DNA from: a virus
Lineage: Duplodnaviria > Caudoviricetes
Reading direction: 5' to 3' (one strand)
Virus record (IMG/VR): IMGVR_UViG_3300020187_001966
Length of the DNA: 64,000 nt
Positions 53,209 through 63,189 of this stretch are shown here, piece after piece (the stretch's first letter is position 1; each line of letters begins with the position of its first letter). The notes below the pieces were generated by a model. That model made no database searches, was not told the origin of the DNA, and saw nothing but the letters and a program-made list of their open reading frames with translations. The translations under genes were made by a program, and so were the position numbers.

Positions 53209-53484
53209 ATGTGGGATATGATAAGCGACATGGCTACCAATAGACTGTGGATATACACAAGTATTGGTGGTAGTATTATAGGTGCAGTTAGTTTAGCATA
53301 CTTGAGCACTACTAGAGCTGGGCTTTGGTTTTATTCCAAAGTAGATAACAGCATGGACTTCCTTGTAGAACGTTATGGATGGACTTGGTTAGAACAACCA
53401 GAAGACGCATGGCGTAAAAAGTATCCAAAAATAACAGCAAAGATAGATGCAATAGAAGCAAGACTAAAAGAGTTGGAAAAATAA
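53209..53484 (+). CDS. Small membrane protein
   Basis: One TM then WRKKYPKI. Confidence 0.55.
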   Translation: MWDMISDMATNRLWIYTSIGGSIIGAVSLAYLSTTRAGLWFYSKVDNSMDFLVERYGWTWLEQPEDAWRKKYPKITAKIDAIEARLKELEK

Positions 53485-53684
53485 TGTACAGTAAACAATG
53501 TAAGGCCCACTTAGATAAAGTAGGCGAAACTGGACTACAACACATGGGACATGCCTTAAAAGCCGCTGTTAAATTACAGCTCTTGGTGCCAGCACTGATT
53601 ATTCACAGTATTGCTCCAAGATGCTTTACTCATACCGCAAGTAATGTTATGAATGATATACTAAACACTCGTAAAAAGACTTGA
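53484..53684 (+). CDS. Small conserved protein (DUF6356-like)
   Basis: HLDKVGETGLQHM..A..IHSIAP..F. Confidence 0.55.
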   Translation: MYSKQCKAHLDKVGETGLQHMGHALKAAVKLQLLVPALIIHSIAPRCFTHTASNVMNDILNTRKKT

Positions 53685-53709
53685 CAACCTAGCAAATCTA
53701 ACATATAGT
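53681..53709 (+). promoter_or_regulatory. sigma70-type promoter
   Basis: TTGACA-17-TATAGT. Confidence 0.7.
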
Positions 53710-53732
53710 AGTAGGATAACAAGCTAAAGGAG

Positions 53733-53996
53733 ATGAATATGTCACGAGCATTTAGTGATAGTGAGATTAACAAACTTAAACAAATTATTAACGAAGGTAT
53801 CCAAGTAACATCAGAAGTGGAAACACTTAAAGGTGGACTGAAAGATACAGTAAGCGCAGTTGCTGAAGAGCTAGATATGAAGCCAGCAACTATTAACAAA
53901 GCAATACGTATTGCTTATAAACAAGAGTTCGCAAAAGTATCAGACGATTTCAGCGAATTAGAAGAATTATTGGCGGCTGTCGGCAAAGGACATTAA
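53733..53996 (+). CDS. dsDNA-binding protein, T4 DsbA/GapR-like
   Basis: KLKQIINEG..E...LKDTV..VAEEL. Confidence 0.6.
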   Translation: MNMSRAFSDSEINKLKQIINEGIQVTSEVETLKGGLKDTVSAVAEELDMKPATINKAIRIAYKQEFAKVSDDFSELEELLAAVGKGH

Positions 53997-53997
53997 T

Positions 53998-54696
53998 GTG
54001 CTAGACTTAAAAGTTATTGAAGTCCAACACTATACAGATAAACTTTTTAGAATTAGAACAGAGCGACCTCGCAGTTATAGATTTACTGCGGGGGAGTTCG
54101 TTATGATTGGTTTAGAGGATGCTCCAAGTAGAGCGTATAGTATTACCAGTGGTCCATATGACGACTACATAGAATTTTACAGTATTAAAGTACAAGACGG
54201 ACCGCTTACTAGTAAACTACAACACATTGTAGTAGGCGATACTATTCTTGTAGGTGAGAAGCCAACAGGTACACTTATACTTGCTAACTTAGAACTAGGC
54301 GGACATCTAGTAATGATGGCAAGTGGTACTGGTATTGCTCCGTTTATTAGTTTACTACGTGAACCAGAAACATATGATCTATTTGAGAACATTACAGTAA
54401 CATGGACTACTAGGCTACATGCTGAACAGGACTGTTACCGAGACTTCTTGAATGAGATGCCCATTGAATACATCAGCACAGTTACACAAGAGCCTGCTGA
54501 ACTACAAGGACGTATTCAAGTGTTCATGGCAGACGGTACTGTAAAGATTGACAACCCCGCAGAACAGCGTATAATGTTATGTGGAAGTGTAGCATTTAAC
54601 AATGATTTAAAAGAACACTTTAACAGCCTCGGATTTAACGAAGGCAACAAACGTACACAAGGAACGTTTGTACAAGAAAGGGCATTTGTCGGCTAA
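53998..54696 (+). CDS. fpr: Ferredoxin-NADP(+) reductase
   Basis: RAYSI, YSIKVQDGPLTSKL, GTGIAPF, MLCGS, ERAF. Confidence 0.92.
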   Translation: MLDLKVIEVQHYTDKLFRIRTERPRSYRFTAGEFVMIGLEDAPSRAYSITSGPYDDYIEFYSIKVQDGPLTSKLQHIVVGDTILVGEKPTGTLILANLELGGHLVMMASGTGIAPFISLLREPETYDLFENITVTWTTRLHAEQDCYRDFLNEMPIEYISTVTQEPAELQGRIQVFMADGTVKIDNPAEQRIMLCGSVAFNNDLKEHFNSLGFNEGNKRTQGTFVQERAFVG

Positions 54697-57380
54697 TGTA
54701 TGTAGACGCTTACTTCGATCAAAACAAAGATATTATCCACGTTACTGAACGTGATGAAAAAGGGCGGCGGGTATTCCGTGAGTATCCTGCTAGCTATGGC
54801 TTTTATTACAAGGATCAGCGTGGAAAGTACGACAGTATCTTTGGCGATAAACTATCACGTTATGCTACAACTAATGGCAGAGCGTTTAAAAAAGAAAAGA
54901 AGATGTATGGCGGACAAAAACTTTTTGAAAGTGATGTTAACCGCACGTTTAAGTGTTTAGCAGACAACTACTTGGGTAAAGATACTCCTAACTTAAACTT
55001 AGCCTTTTTTGATATTGAGGTTGACTTTGATAAAGACGTAGGATTTGCTCCGCCTGAAGATCCGTTTAACGCTATTACAGCAATCGCAGTTCATCTTAGT
55101 TGGCTTAAAACTACAGTATGTTTAGTGTGTAAACCAGACACACTTAGCCGTGAAGATGCAGCAGAGATATGTAGTCGCTTTCCAGACACTATGTTAATGG
55201 ATACAGAGGAAGAACTACTAAAAACTTTCCTTGAATTAATTGATGATGCGGATGTAATGAGTGGATGGAACAGCGAAGGCTTCGACATTCCATACACAGT
55301 AAACCGTATTTCTAGAACAATTGGTAAAGAGTATACTAAAAAGTTTTGCTTGTGGGATCAATATCCTAAACGCAGAGAGTTTGAGCGTTATGGAAAGTCA
55401 CAAGAGACGTTTGATACTATTGGACGTTTGCACTTAGACTATTTGCAACTGTATCAAAAATACACATATCACGAAATGCACAGCTACAGTTTGGATGCTA
55501 TTGCAGAGTATGAACTAGGCGAAAAGAAAGTTGAATACAAAGGCACACTTGACCAGTTATACAACAACGACTTCTATACGTTTATTGACTACAACAGACA
55601 AGACGTTGAGCTACTAGTTAAACTAGATGCCAAGCTACAGTTTATTGACTTAGCAAATGTTATTGCGCACGATAATACAGTTCTTATTCAGACAACAATG
55701 GGTGCTGTTGCGGTTACTGACCAAGCTATTATTAATGAAGCACATCATCGTGGACTAATTGTTCCTGACAAAGTACGTGATAAAGTACAAAAGCATTATC
55801 CACAATCAACACAAGCCGCAGGTGCGTATGTTGCTACTCCTGTACGTGGTAGGCACGAGTGGATTGGCAGTATGGACTTAAACAGTCTGTATCCTAGTAT
55901 CCTACGTAGCCTTAACTTGAGTACAGAAACTATTGTAGGGCAGGTTAGACACACATTAACTGTGCCACTACTACAGGAATATAAATGGGAAGCCGCAAGA
56001 GCGTGGGAGGGCAAGTTTGCTTGTCCAGAGTATGAGCTTGTAATGGCAAAGGATACTGAAACGCAACTGTGGATTGACTTTGAAAACGGCGAAGAGCTAA
56101 TGGCAACTGGTGCTGAAATATATAGCATTGTCTTTGAAAGCGATCAGCCTTGGGTTATTAGTAGTAATGCTACTATTATTAGACAAGACAAAAAAGGTAT
56201 TATTCCTGGATTGCTAGAGCGTTGGTATGCTGAACGTAAAGTTATGCAGAAAGAAGCTAGAGCTGTACAAGGTAAAGATGATGCCAAGTTTGGATACTGG
56301 GACAAGCGACAACTAGTTAAAAAGATTAACTTGAACAGTTTGTATGGTGCGTTACTTAATCAAGGATCACGTTTTAATGATCCACGCATGGGACAATCAA
56401 CAACATTAACAGGACGTACTATTGCTAGACATATGGGTGCTAGTGTTAATGAACTGTTTACTGGAGAATACAATCACGTAGGCGATACAATTGTGTATGG
56501 CGACACGGATAGTATCTACTTTAGTGCGTACCCTATCTTTAAAGACAAGATTGAAAGCGGAGAGTTTGAGTGGAATAAAGACAAGGTTACTGAACTTTAT
56601 GACACTGTATGCGATCAAGCAAACACAACGTTTCCTGGATATATGGCACAAGCACATAATGTACTTGACCAAAAGCAAGGTGAGATTATTGCCGCCGCTC
56701 GTGAAATGGTTGCCTTGTCTGGTATCTTTATTAAAAAGAAGCGTTATGCTATCCTAGTATATGATAACGAAGGCTATAGAGAAGACAAAGACGACAAGCC
56801 AGGTAAGATTAAAGCAATGGGCTTGGACTTAAAGCGTAGTGACACACCAGCATTTATGCAAGACTTTCTCAGTGAACTACTGCTTAAAACGCTAACAGGT
56901 ACAACTGATGATGATTTGATTGCTCGCATTATTGAGTTCCGTCAAGAGTTTAGACAAAAAGATCCGTGGGAGATTGGCACACCAAAGCGTGTTAACAAGC
57001 TAACACATTATACAGGGTTAGAATGGGATAAGAAAGGCGTGTACACTGGTAAAGCAAACATGCCTGGACACGTAAGAGCCGCAATCAACTACAATAGACT
57101 CAAGGGTATTAACAACGATAAATACAGTCCAGACATTGTTGATGGTATGAAAACTATTGTCTGTAAACTGAAACCGAATCCAATGGGATTCACTAGCATA
57201 GGATATCCTACAGATTCAATAATCCCTCCAGACTGGTTCAAAGAACTACCGTTTGATGTAGATCTTATGGAGGAAACAATCATTACTAAAAAGATTGATA
57301 ACTTACTTGGTGTACTACCAATTGACTTATCAAAAGCAGAGGACAAGACTACATTTGAGAGTCTGTTTGATTTTGGATGA
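54696..57380 (+). CDS. Family B DNA polymerase with 3'-5' exonuclease
   Basis: FDIE, GFDIPY, DLNSLYPS, KINLNSLYG, YGDTDS, KKRY. Confidence 0.97.
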   Translation: MYVDAYFDQNKDIIHVTERDEKGRRVFREYPASYGFYYKDQRGKYDSIFGDKLSRYATTNGRAFKKEKKMYGGQKLFESDVNRTFKCLADNYLGKDTPNLNLAFFDIEVDFDKDVGFAPPEDPFNAITAIAVHLSWLKTTVCLVCKPDTLSREDAAEICSRFPDTMLMDTEEELLKTFLELIDDADVMSGWNSEGFDIPYTVNRISRTIGKEYTKKFCLWDQYPKRREFERYGKSQETFDTIGRLHLDYLQLYQKYTYHEMHSYSLDAIAEYELGEKKVEYKGTLDQLYNNDFYTFIDYNRQDVELLVKLDAKLQFIDLANVIAHDNTVLIQTTMGAVAVTDQAIINEAHHRGLIVPDKVRDKVQKHYPQSTQAAGAYVATPVRGRHEWIGSMDLNSLYPSILRSLNLSTETIVGQVRHTLTVPLLQEYKWEAARAWEGKFACPEYELVMAKDTETQLWIDFENGEELMATGAEIYSIVFESDQPWVISSNATIIRQDKKGIIPGLLERWYAERKVMQKEARAVQGKDDAKFGYWDKRQLVKKINLNSLYGALLNQGSRFNDPRMGQSTTLTGRTIARHMGASVNELFTGEYNHVGDTIVYGDTDSIYFSAYPIFKDKIESGEFEWNKDKVTELYDTVCDQANTTFPGYMAQAHNVLDQKQGEIIAAAREMVALSGIFIKKKRYAILVYDNEGYREDKDDKPGKIKAMGLDLKRSDTPAFMQDFLSELLLKTLTGTTDDDLIARIIEFRQEFRQKDPWEIGTPKRVNKLTHYTGLEWDKKGVYTGKANMPGHVRAAINYNRLKGINNDKYSPDIVDGMKTIVCKLKPNPMGFTSIGYPTDSIIPPDWFKELPFDVDLMEETIITKKIDNLLGVLPIDLSKAEDKTTFESLFDFG

Positions 57381-57619
57381 AAACAAGTTTAGATTTACAT
57401 GGAAAACATATACATGAAGCGTGGAAAAGTGTTGACAGATTCATAGGTGAGTGTTATTATAGTAATATTAAACGTTGTGAAATCATATGTGGCCAAGGCT
57501 TAATTCGTAATGAAATAGAAACTTGGTTAAATCTAAATATACATGTGCGAGAATATAGATTTAATGTCCGCACACAAGGCAGTTATAACGTAATACTAAA
57601 GAAAAGGAAAACAGTATGA
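57377..57619 (+). CDS. Stand-alone Smr-domain protein
   Basis: LDLHG, IICGQG. Confidence 0.75.
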   Translation: MKTSLDLHGKHIHEAWKSVDRFIGECYYSNIKRCEIICGQGLIRNEIETWLNLNIHVREYRFNVRTQGSYNVILKKRKTV

Positions 57620-58335
57620 GAGACTATCTTCTCGACATCGTAAAGCATACCCGTAATGTGGGTAACATTGACGCAGTAAAGGTTACTAACGGAAGTGTTA
57701 TTGAAGCTAAAGATGACGACAACAAAGTAATTGTAAAGGCAACTTACAAAACACCACGCAGCGAATTGGCTGGGGTAATTGGATTGCCAAACTTGGATAA
57801 ACTAAACGTTATCCTTAACATTTCTGAATATACTGAGAACGCAAATATCAGTGTTGAAATGCGTGAACGTAATGGTGAAGAAGTACCATTTACTATGAAG
57901 TTTGTAAACGCAGGTGGTGATTTTAAAAATGACTTCCGCTTTATGAGCAAAGAACTTATTACACAGCGTATTCCAGAAGTACGTTTTAAAGGTGCTAATT
58001 GGGATGTAGAAGTTGCTCCACATAGTGCTAGTGTAGCACGATTTAAGATGCAAGCACAAGCAAACAGTGAAGAGAATGTCTTCATTGCGAAAACAGATGG
58101 TGATTCACTAAAGTTTTATTTTGGTGATGACAGTGGACACACTGGTAACTTTACATTTGAAGCTAGTGTATCTGGTGAGCTTAAACAAAGCTGGAAATAT
58201 CCAGTTGCTGAAGTACAAAGTGTACTAAATCTTAATGGTGATATTACTATGCGATTTAGTGATGCTGGTGCGTTAAAGATTGATGTAGACAACGGCATGG
58301 CTGTGTACGAATACATCTTCCCGGCGCAAAGCTAA
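57616..58335 (+). CDS. Probable sliding clamp (gp45-like)
   Basis: Size, position after PolB, clamp loader elsewhere in window; no strong motif. Confidence 0.55.
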   Translation: MRDYLLDIVKHTRNVGNIDAVKVTNGSVIEAKDDDNKVIVKATYKTPRSELAGVIGLPNLDKLNVILNISEYTENANISVEMRERNGEEVPFTMKFVNAGGDFKNDFRFMSKELITQRIPEVRFKGANWDVEVAPHSASVARFKMQAQANSEENVFIAKTDGDSLKFYFGDDSGHTGNFTFEASVSGELKQSWKYPVAEVQSVLNLNGDITMRFSDAGALKIDVDNGMAVYEYIFPAQS

Positions 58336-58781
58336 TGCGAGTTGGGTTTACGTGTAGTGTATTTGATTTGCTTCATGCTGGTCATATTGCTATGTTACGT
58401 GAAGCTAAAGAGCATTGTGAATATCTAATAGTTGGGTTACAAACTGACCCAACTATTGATAGACCGGACGAAAAGAATCGTCCAGTACAAAGTTTAGTTG
58501 AAAGACATTTACAACTAAGCGCAGTCAAGTATGTAGATGAAATTATCACATATCAGACTGAACAAGATTTGATTGATATTCTAAATATGTATAATATAAA
58601 TGTACGCATGTTAGGTGATGAATATCGAGAAAAGGATTTCACTGGCAAGGAAACTTGTCGCAAACGAGGTATTGAACTTCACTTCAACAGAAGAGACCAT
58701 AGGTTTAGTACAAGTGATTTAAGGGAAAGGGTTGAAAATGCCCCCAAACATCGAACAACGGTTAAAAAGTTTAGAAAGTAA
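58335..58781 (+). CDS. Cytidylyltransferase (TagD-like)
   Basis: FDLLHAGH, LIVGLQTD, RDHRFSTS. Confidence 0.88.
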   Translation: MRVGFTCSVFDLLHAGHIAMLREAKEHCEYLIVGLQTDPTIDRPDEKNRPVQSLVERHLQLSAVKYVDEIITYQTEQDLIDILNMYNINVRMLGDEYREKDFTGKETCRKRGIELHFNRRDHRFSTSDLRERVENAPKHRTTVKKFRK

Positions 58782-58926
58782 GCATAAAGCTCTTGACAAA
58801 CAGATAGAACAGTTGTATAAACATACTAGTGCTGAACTTAGTATTAAAAAACTTAAGAAAGAAAAACTGCTCCTAAAACAGGAGATAGTAAAACTAACTA
58901 ACCAATTAGGAGAACATAATGGTTAA
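58738..58926 (+). CDS. Small coiled-coil protein (DUF465/YdcH-like)
   Basis: RLKSLESKHKALDKQI..LKKEKLLLKQEI. Confidence 0.65.
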   Translation: MPPNIEQRLKSLESKHKALDKQIEQLYKHTSAELSIKKLKKEKLLLKQEIVKLTNQLGEHNG

Positions 58927-59095
58927 GAAGATCCGTGTAATTGAAGACTCAACAGTAGCACCTGATGAAATATCTGACGCTGCGTTCCGAACACAAGTAA
59001 TGGAACTTGCGAAAGCTGTAGATTGGAAACTTTGGGAGTTGTTGCAAACTATTCAACGCCTTGAGAAGAAAATCGACGTTTCAGATAATGACTAA
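58919..59095 (+). CDS. Hypothetical protein (58 aa, not in track)
   Basis: AGGAG SD; AVDWKLWE. Confidence 0.6.
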   Translation: MVKKIRVIEDSTVAPDEISDAAFRTQVMELAKAVDWKLWELLQTIQRLEKKIDVSDND

Positions 59096-59528
59096 CCGTG
59101 AAGGTTATTATGATTATATGCTTAGGCGTATGAGAGAAGAGGATACTAAGATGAAGAAGTCAAGCACAAATATTTGGGTAACATTCCGCAAGGAAGGTTT
59201 ACACAAGTACCCAGCAGCACTAGATGACCCTAAGTTGGCAACTGGTGATGAACAAGATGTAAGTTTCCTAGGATACATACATCGACATATTTTCCACTTT
59301 AAGGTAGAACTTGAAGTATTCCATGACGATCGAGACGTTGAATTTATCCAATTCAAGAGATGGTTGGAAAGCCTCTACGCAGACGGAACTCTGCAACTCG
59401 ATTTTAAATCCTGTGAGATGATTTGTGATGATCTTGCAGATACAATTAACACAAAATATCCCAACCGCAAAATGACAATCACTATTAGTGAGGATGGGGA
59501 AAATGGAGCAACGTGTAGCTATGCATAG
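59088..59528 (+). CDS. Atypical QueD/PTPS-like T-fold protein (start 59088 or 59151)
   Basis: HRHIFHF His cluster, DRDVEF, KSCEMI; sits in the tgt-folE cluster. Confidence 0.55.
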   Translation: MTNREGYYDYMLRRMREEDTKMKKSSTNIWVTFRKEGLHKYPAALDDPKLATGDEQDVSFLGYIHRHIFHFKVELEVFHDDRDVEFIQFKRWLESLYADGTLQLDFKSCEMICDDLADTINTKYPNRKMTITISEDGENGATCSYA

Positions 59529-59841
59529 TTTAGGTACTAATATCCGTGAACTTCGCCAAGGGCGAGTAAGCGTTAACGACATCAAATGGGATCTTATTAA
59601 GATTATCGAACCATATGATGGTATTCTTGCAACCAATGACGGAAGTGAACGAACTGTTCGCCGTCTATTCACTACATACCTAAGTGATCTTAGATACGTG
59701 GGTCTAATTAATGACTTTAACATCTTTAGTAATATCCGTGATAACGCTATTACATATGATGTAAGCGTAAAAATGTCACAAGATCGCAGTGATAAGAAAC
59801 TAAAGATTCATGTAGGTGTGTATCAGAAACGAGCGGCATAG
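59503..59841 (+). CDS. Hypothetical protein
   Basis: In operon; start uncertain. Confidence 0.55.
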   Translation: MEQRVAMHSLGTNIRELRQGRVSVNDIKWDLIKIIEPYDGILATNDGSERTVRRLFTTYLSDLRYVGLINDFNIFSNIRDNAITYDVSVKMSQDRSDKKLKIHVGVYQKRAA

Positions 59842-59842
59842 T

Positions 59843-61357
59843 ATGACAGCAACTCGTGTAAACTTAACAGAACGTAACAAAGACTACGCAGTATTTTTGC
59901 CTAGTATTAGTACGTTCTATAATAACTTTATCGCAAAGCAACGTGCTTCTGGCAATCATATTTTGCCAGAACGTATGCCAGCAGGTTTTGAAACTGGCAT
60001 GGAAGGCATGAACTTTCTTAATGAGAAGGATGCTTACTATAGTTATAAGTGGGGGTTATACTCCGCAGGTCATGCTCAACTTAATCTAGATAAAGCTAAT
60101 GAATCAGACGCAATGGTACAAGGCCGTGATCGTGACAAAACGTTTATGCTTTGTGACAGTGGCGGCTTTCAGATTATTAAAGGTGTTATCCAGTGTGATT
60201 GGGATAACTTTAAAACTGATGACAGTTTACGTCAGAAGATCTTAAACTGGTTGGAACACACAGGTGATTACAGTATGATCCTGGATATTCCAACACTAGC
60301 GGCGGATCCTACATTTACAGAACGAACAGGTATTTCATCATTCAACGAATGTTTGGACTACACTGACTTTAATGTAAACTGGTTTAAAAAGAACCGCAAA
60401 TACCAAACAAAGTATCTTAATGTTATGCAAGGGCGCAACTGGGCTGAAGCAGAACACTGGTATGAGAAAATGAAACATCATGATCTCGAAGGCTTTGCGT
60501 TTGGTGGTAGTGCTAAGAACGACATCAACATTGTACTACGTACACTTATTAAGATGCGTGATGATCAGCAACTAGAGCGTGGCAAACGTGATGTGCTACA
60601 CTACTTGGGCATTGGTAGACTAGAATGGGCAGCGGCTTATACAGCAATCCAACGTAGTTTACGTGAGCATGTTAACGAAGATATTAATGTTATGTTTGAC
60701 TGTGCGAGTCCTTTCTTGGCAACAGCAAATGGTACAATGTATACACAGCACGTTCATAAGTCAGATCGCTTTGGTTATGTTATGGATAAAGCAATGGACA
60801 GTAAAGCACTAAGTGGAAGTAAACAAGCATTTCCGTTTGGTAGTCCAATTGGCGAACGTCTTAACTTGGGTGACATTTGTCACTACTCGCCTGGTATGCT
60901 TAATAAAGTAGGCAAAGAAGGCAAAACAAGTTGGGATAGTTTTAGTTATATGCTACTAATGTCACACAATGTATACAGTCATATTGAAAGTGTACAACGT
61001 GCTAATGCGTTAACTGACATGGTAAACGCAACAGTAAGTACAGACTACAGAAAATGGCGTAAACTTAAACCTAACAGTAAAGATGAAGTGTTTAGTCCAT
61101 ATGTTCCACGTAACATTGTGTACATGACACAGTTTATTGATCAACTGTTCCGCAGTGAGAAACCTATGACAATGCTAGACGAAGCGGCAGGTATGTTAGC
61201 TAACTTTAGTGGACAAAAACTACAAACATCAAGTGCTGGTAGTTTTAGTAACTTGTTTGAAGTTGAAGGTGCTGTTTCAGAAGAATCCAATGAGATGTCA
61301 GCTGAACAAGAAGCTGACGCAATTGACTTTTTAGAATCAATGGAGAGTACTGTATGA
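59843..61357 (+). CDS. TGT/DpdA-like 7-deazaguanine transglycosylase
   Basis: DSGGFQI, ILDIP, GFAFGG, HYLGIG, FDCASP, SHN line up with the TGT barrel motifs. Confidence 0.75.
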   Translation: MTATRVNLTERNKDYAVFLPSISTFYNNFIAKQRASGNHILPERMPAGFETGMEGMNFLNEKDAYYSYKWGLYSAGHAQLNLDKANESDAMVQGRDRDKTFMLCDSGGFQIIKGVIQCDWDNFKTDDSLRQKILNWLEHTGDYSMILDIPTLAADPTFTERTGISSFNECLDYTDFNVNWFKKNRKYQTKYLNVMQGRNWAEAEHWYEKMKHHDLEGFAFGGSAKNDINIVLRTLIKMRDDQQLERGKRDVLHYLGIGRLEWAAAYTAIQRSLREHVNEDINVMFDCASPFLATANGTMYTQHVHKSDRFGYVMDKAMDSKALSGSKQAFPFGSPIGERLNLGDICHYSPGMLNKVGKEGKTSWDSFSYMLLMSHNVYSHIESVQRANALTDMVNATVSTDYRKWRKLKPNSKDEVFSPYVPRNIVYMTQFIDQLFRSEKPMTMLDEAAGMLANFSGQKLQTSSAGSFSNLFEVEGAVSEESNEMSAEQEADAIDFLESMESTV

Positions 61358-62109
61358 AAATTGTAGTTGTATCTGGTGGATTTGATCCATTACATAGTGG
61401 ACATATTGCGTACTTTAAGTCAGCTAGAAAACTTGGAGACAAACTTGTAGTTGCTGTGAATTCAGATGATTGGCTTACCCGTAAAAAGGGTAGGCCATTT
61501 ATGCCTTTTCATGAACGTTGTAATATTATTGAAGAGCTAGGGTGTGTTGATCAAGTTATTGGATTTAATGACGAAGACGACACAGCATGTAACGCAATAT
61601 TTCAAATGTTATCTACTAAAACAAGAAGTGATACTGTAATCTTTGCCAATGGTGGAGATCGCACTTCAGATAATATTCCAGAAATGATTTATGACGAAGT
61701 ACAATTTGAATTTGGAGTTGGTGGAGAAGACAAAAAGAATAGTAGTAGTTGGATACTTAAAGAGTGGAGTCAGCCTACAACACAACGTGCTTGGGGTAGT
61801 TACACAGTGTTACATAATGGTCCAGGTTGGGCAGTTAAAGAGCTAGCATTTGGTACTGAAACTCCACTAAGTGATCAACGACACTTTATTCGTAGTGAAC
61901 ACTGGCATGTAGTTGAAGGCGATATTCGTATGGATTTAGAGTTTGACAATGGCGACAAATCAAGTATACTATATACATCAGGACAAAGTATCGATATTCC
62001 TGTACACACTTGGCACAAAGCAACAAACGTCGGCACCACAACAGCAAAAGTAATTGAAGTGTGGATGGGCGATGAACTTAGTGAAGATGACATTGAAAGA
62101 AGAGATTAA
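61354..62109 (+). CDS. Cytidylyltransferase fused to MPI-type cupin
   Basis: GGFDPLHSGH, ANGGDR, KNSSS; RAWGSY, SDQRH..RSEHW. Confidence 0.85.
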   Translation: MKIVVVSGGFDPLHSGHIAYFKSARKLGDKLVVAVNSDDWLTRKKGRPFMPFHERCNIIEELGCVDQVIGFNDEDDTACNAIFQMLSTKTRSDTVIFANGGDRTSDNIPEMIYDEVQFEFGVGGEDKKNSSSWILKEWSQPTTQRAWGSYTVLHNGPGWAVKELAFGTETPLSDQRHFIRSEHWHVVEGDIRMDLEFDNGDKSSILYTSGQSIDIPVHTWHKATNVGTTTAKVIEVWMGDELSEDDIERRD

Positions 62110-63170
62110 TGAAAACAATTTATATTATACCGATAGAACCGATTGACCAACGTTATTCTAAGCAATGGTATGATAACATTCCACTTATACTACAAAAAGA
62201 GATAGCTGAACGTAATTTAGATTATCATGTAGTAACAATTGATGGCGAGGACTTTAAACCTGATGTGAGAACAGAAGGTGCTTTCCTTGACTTTGGTGCT
62301 ACTAATGTATATAAGTCAACACAGACTACAGCGGTAAGTAAACTGTTTAGTAACGGTAAAGTTAAGGCAGGCGATAAGTTTCTGATAACTGATGCTTGGA
62401 ACTTTATCATTACACCTATCAAATACATGAGTGACTTACTGGACATTCCAGTAGAGATACATAGTATTTGGCATGCTGGAGCATATGATCCAAGTGACAT
62501 ACTTGGGTATAAGATGCAACCAGACTGGCCCAATCATGTTGAGAAGAGCTGGTATCATAGTAGTGATTATAATTACTATGCTACAAACTTTCACAAGGAC
62601 ATGTTTTTACGTAACTTAAATATTCCACAAGGTAATTATAATAAAGCTATACGCAGTGGGCAACCACACGAGCTTATTGTTGATAACTTAACACAATATC
62701 AAACTACACCTAAAACAAATACAGTTATGTGGCCACATCGCTATAATGATGACAAGCAACCAGAAATTGCTGAAGACTTGTCTAACGACTTTAGAATGGT
62801 CATTACACAAAAAATGAACCTTGACAAAGCTGAATATTATGCTAAGATGGGAGGGTGTAAGGCAATTTTTAGTTGTGCGTTACATGAAAACCTAGGCATT
62901 AGTGTAATGGAAGCAGTACTAACAGGTGCTATTCCAATCGTGCCGGATCGCTGTAGTTACAGCGAAATGTATCTGCCAGAGTTTAAGTATCCAAGTGAAT
63001 GGACTAAAGACTATGTAGCATACGTGGAAAATAGACCACAGCTAACAGCCTTTATTCAAGAGAAACTAGACAACTTTGATCAGTATACAAACAAACTAGA
63101 AGAACAACGTAACATTCTTATTAAAGATTATCTAAATAGTAGTGTTATGATAGACAACATACTACAATAA
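62109..63170 (+). CDS. GT-B glycosyltransferase (GT4-like)
   Basis: WPHR..DKQP, HENLGISVMEA, PIVPDRCSY.E. Confidence 0.8.
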   Translation: MKTIYIIPIEPIDQRYSKQWYDNIPLILQKEIAERNLDYHVVTIDGEDFKPDVRTEGAFLDFGATNVYKSTQTTAVSKLFSNGKVKAGDKFLITDAWNFIITPIKYMSDLLDIPVEIHSIWHAGAYDPSDILGYKMQPDWPNHVEKSWYHSSDYNYYATNFHKDMFLRNLNIPQGNYNKAIRSGQPHELIVDNLTQYQTTPKTNTVMWPHRYNDDKQPEIAEDLSNDFRMVITQKMNLDKAEYYAKMGGCKAIFSCALHENLGISVMEAVLTGAIPIVPDRCSYSEMYLPEFKYPSEWTKDYVAYVENRPQLTAFIQEKLDNFDQYTNKLEEQRNILIKDYLNSSVMIDNILQ

Positions 63171-63189
63171 ACGAAAAGGAACATAGTAT

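Noticed and set aside
54696-57380. Intein or intron in PolB
   Set aside because: 894 aa with normally spaced motifs; no C/S...HN splice motifs or LAGLIDADG block seen
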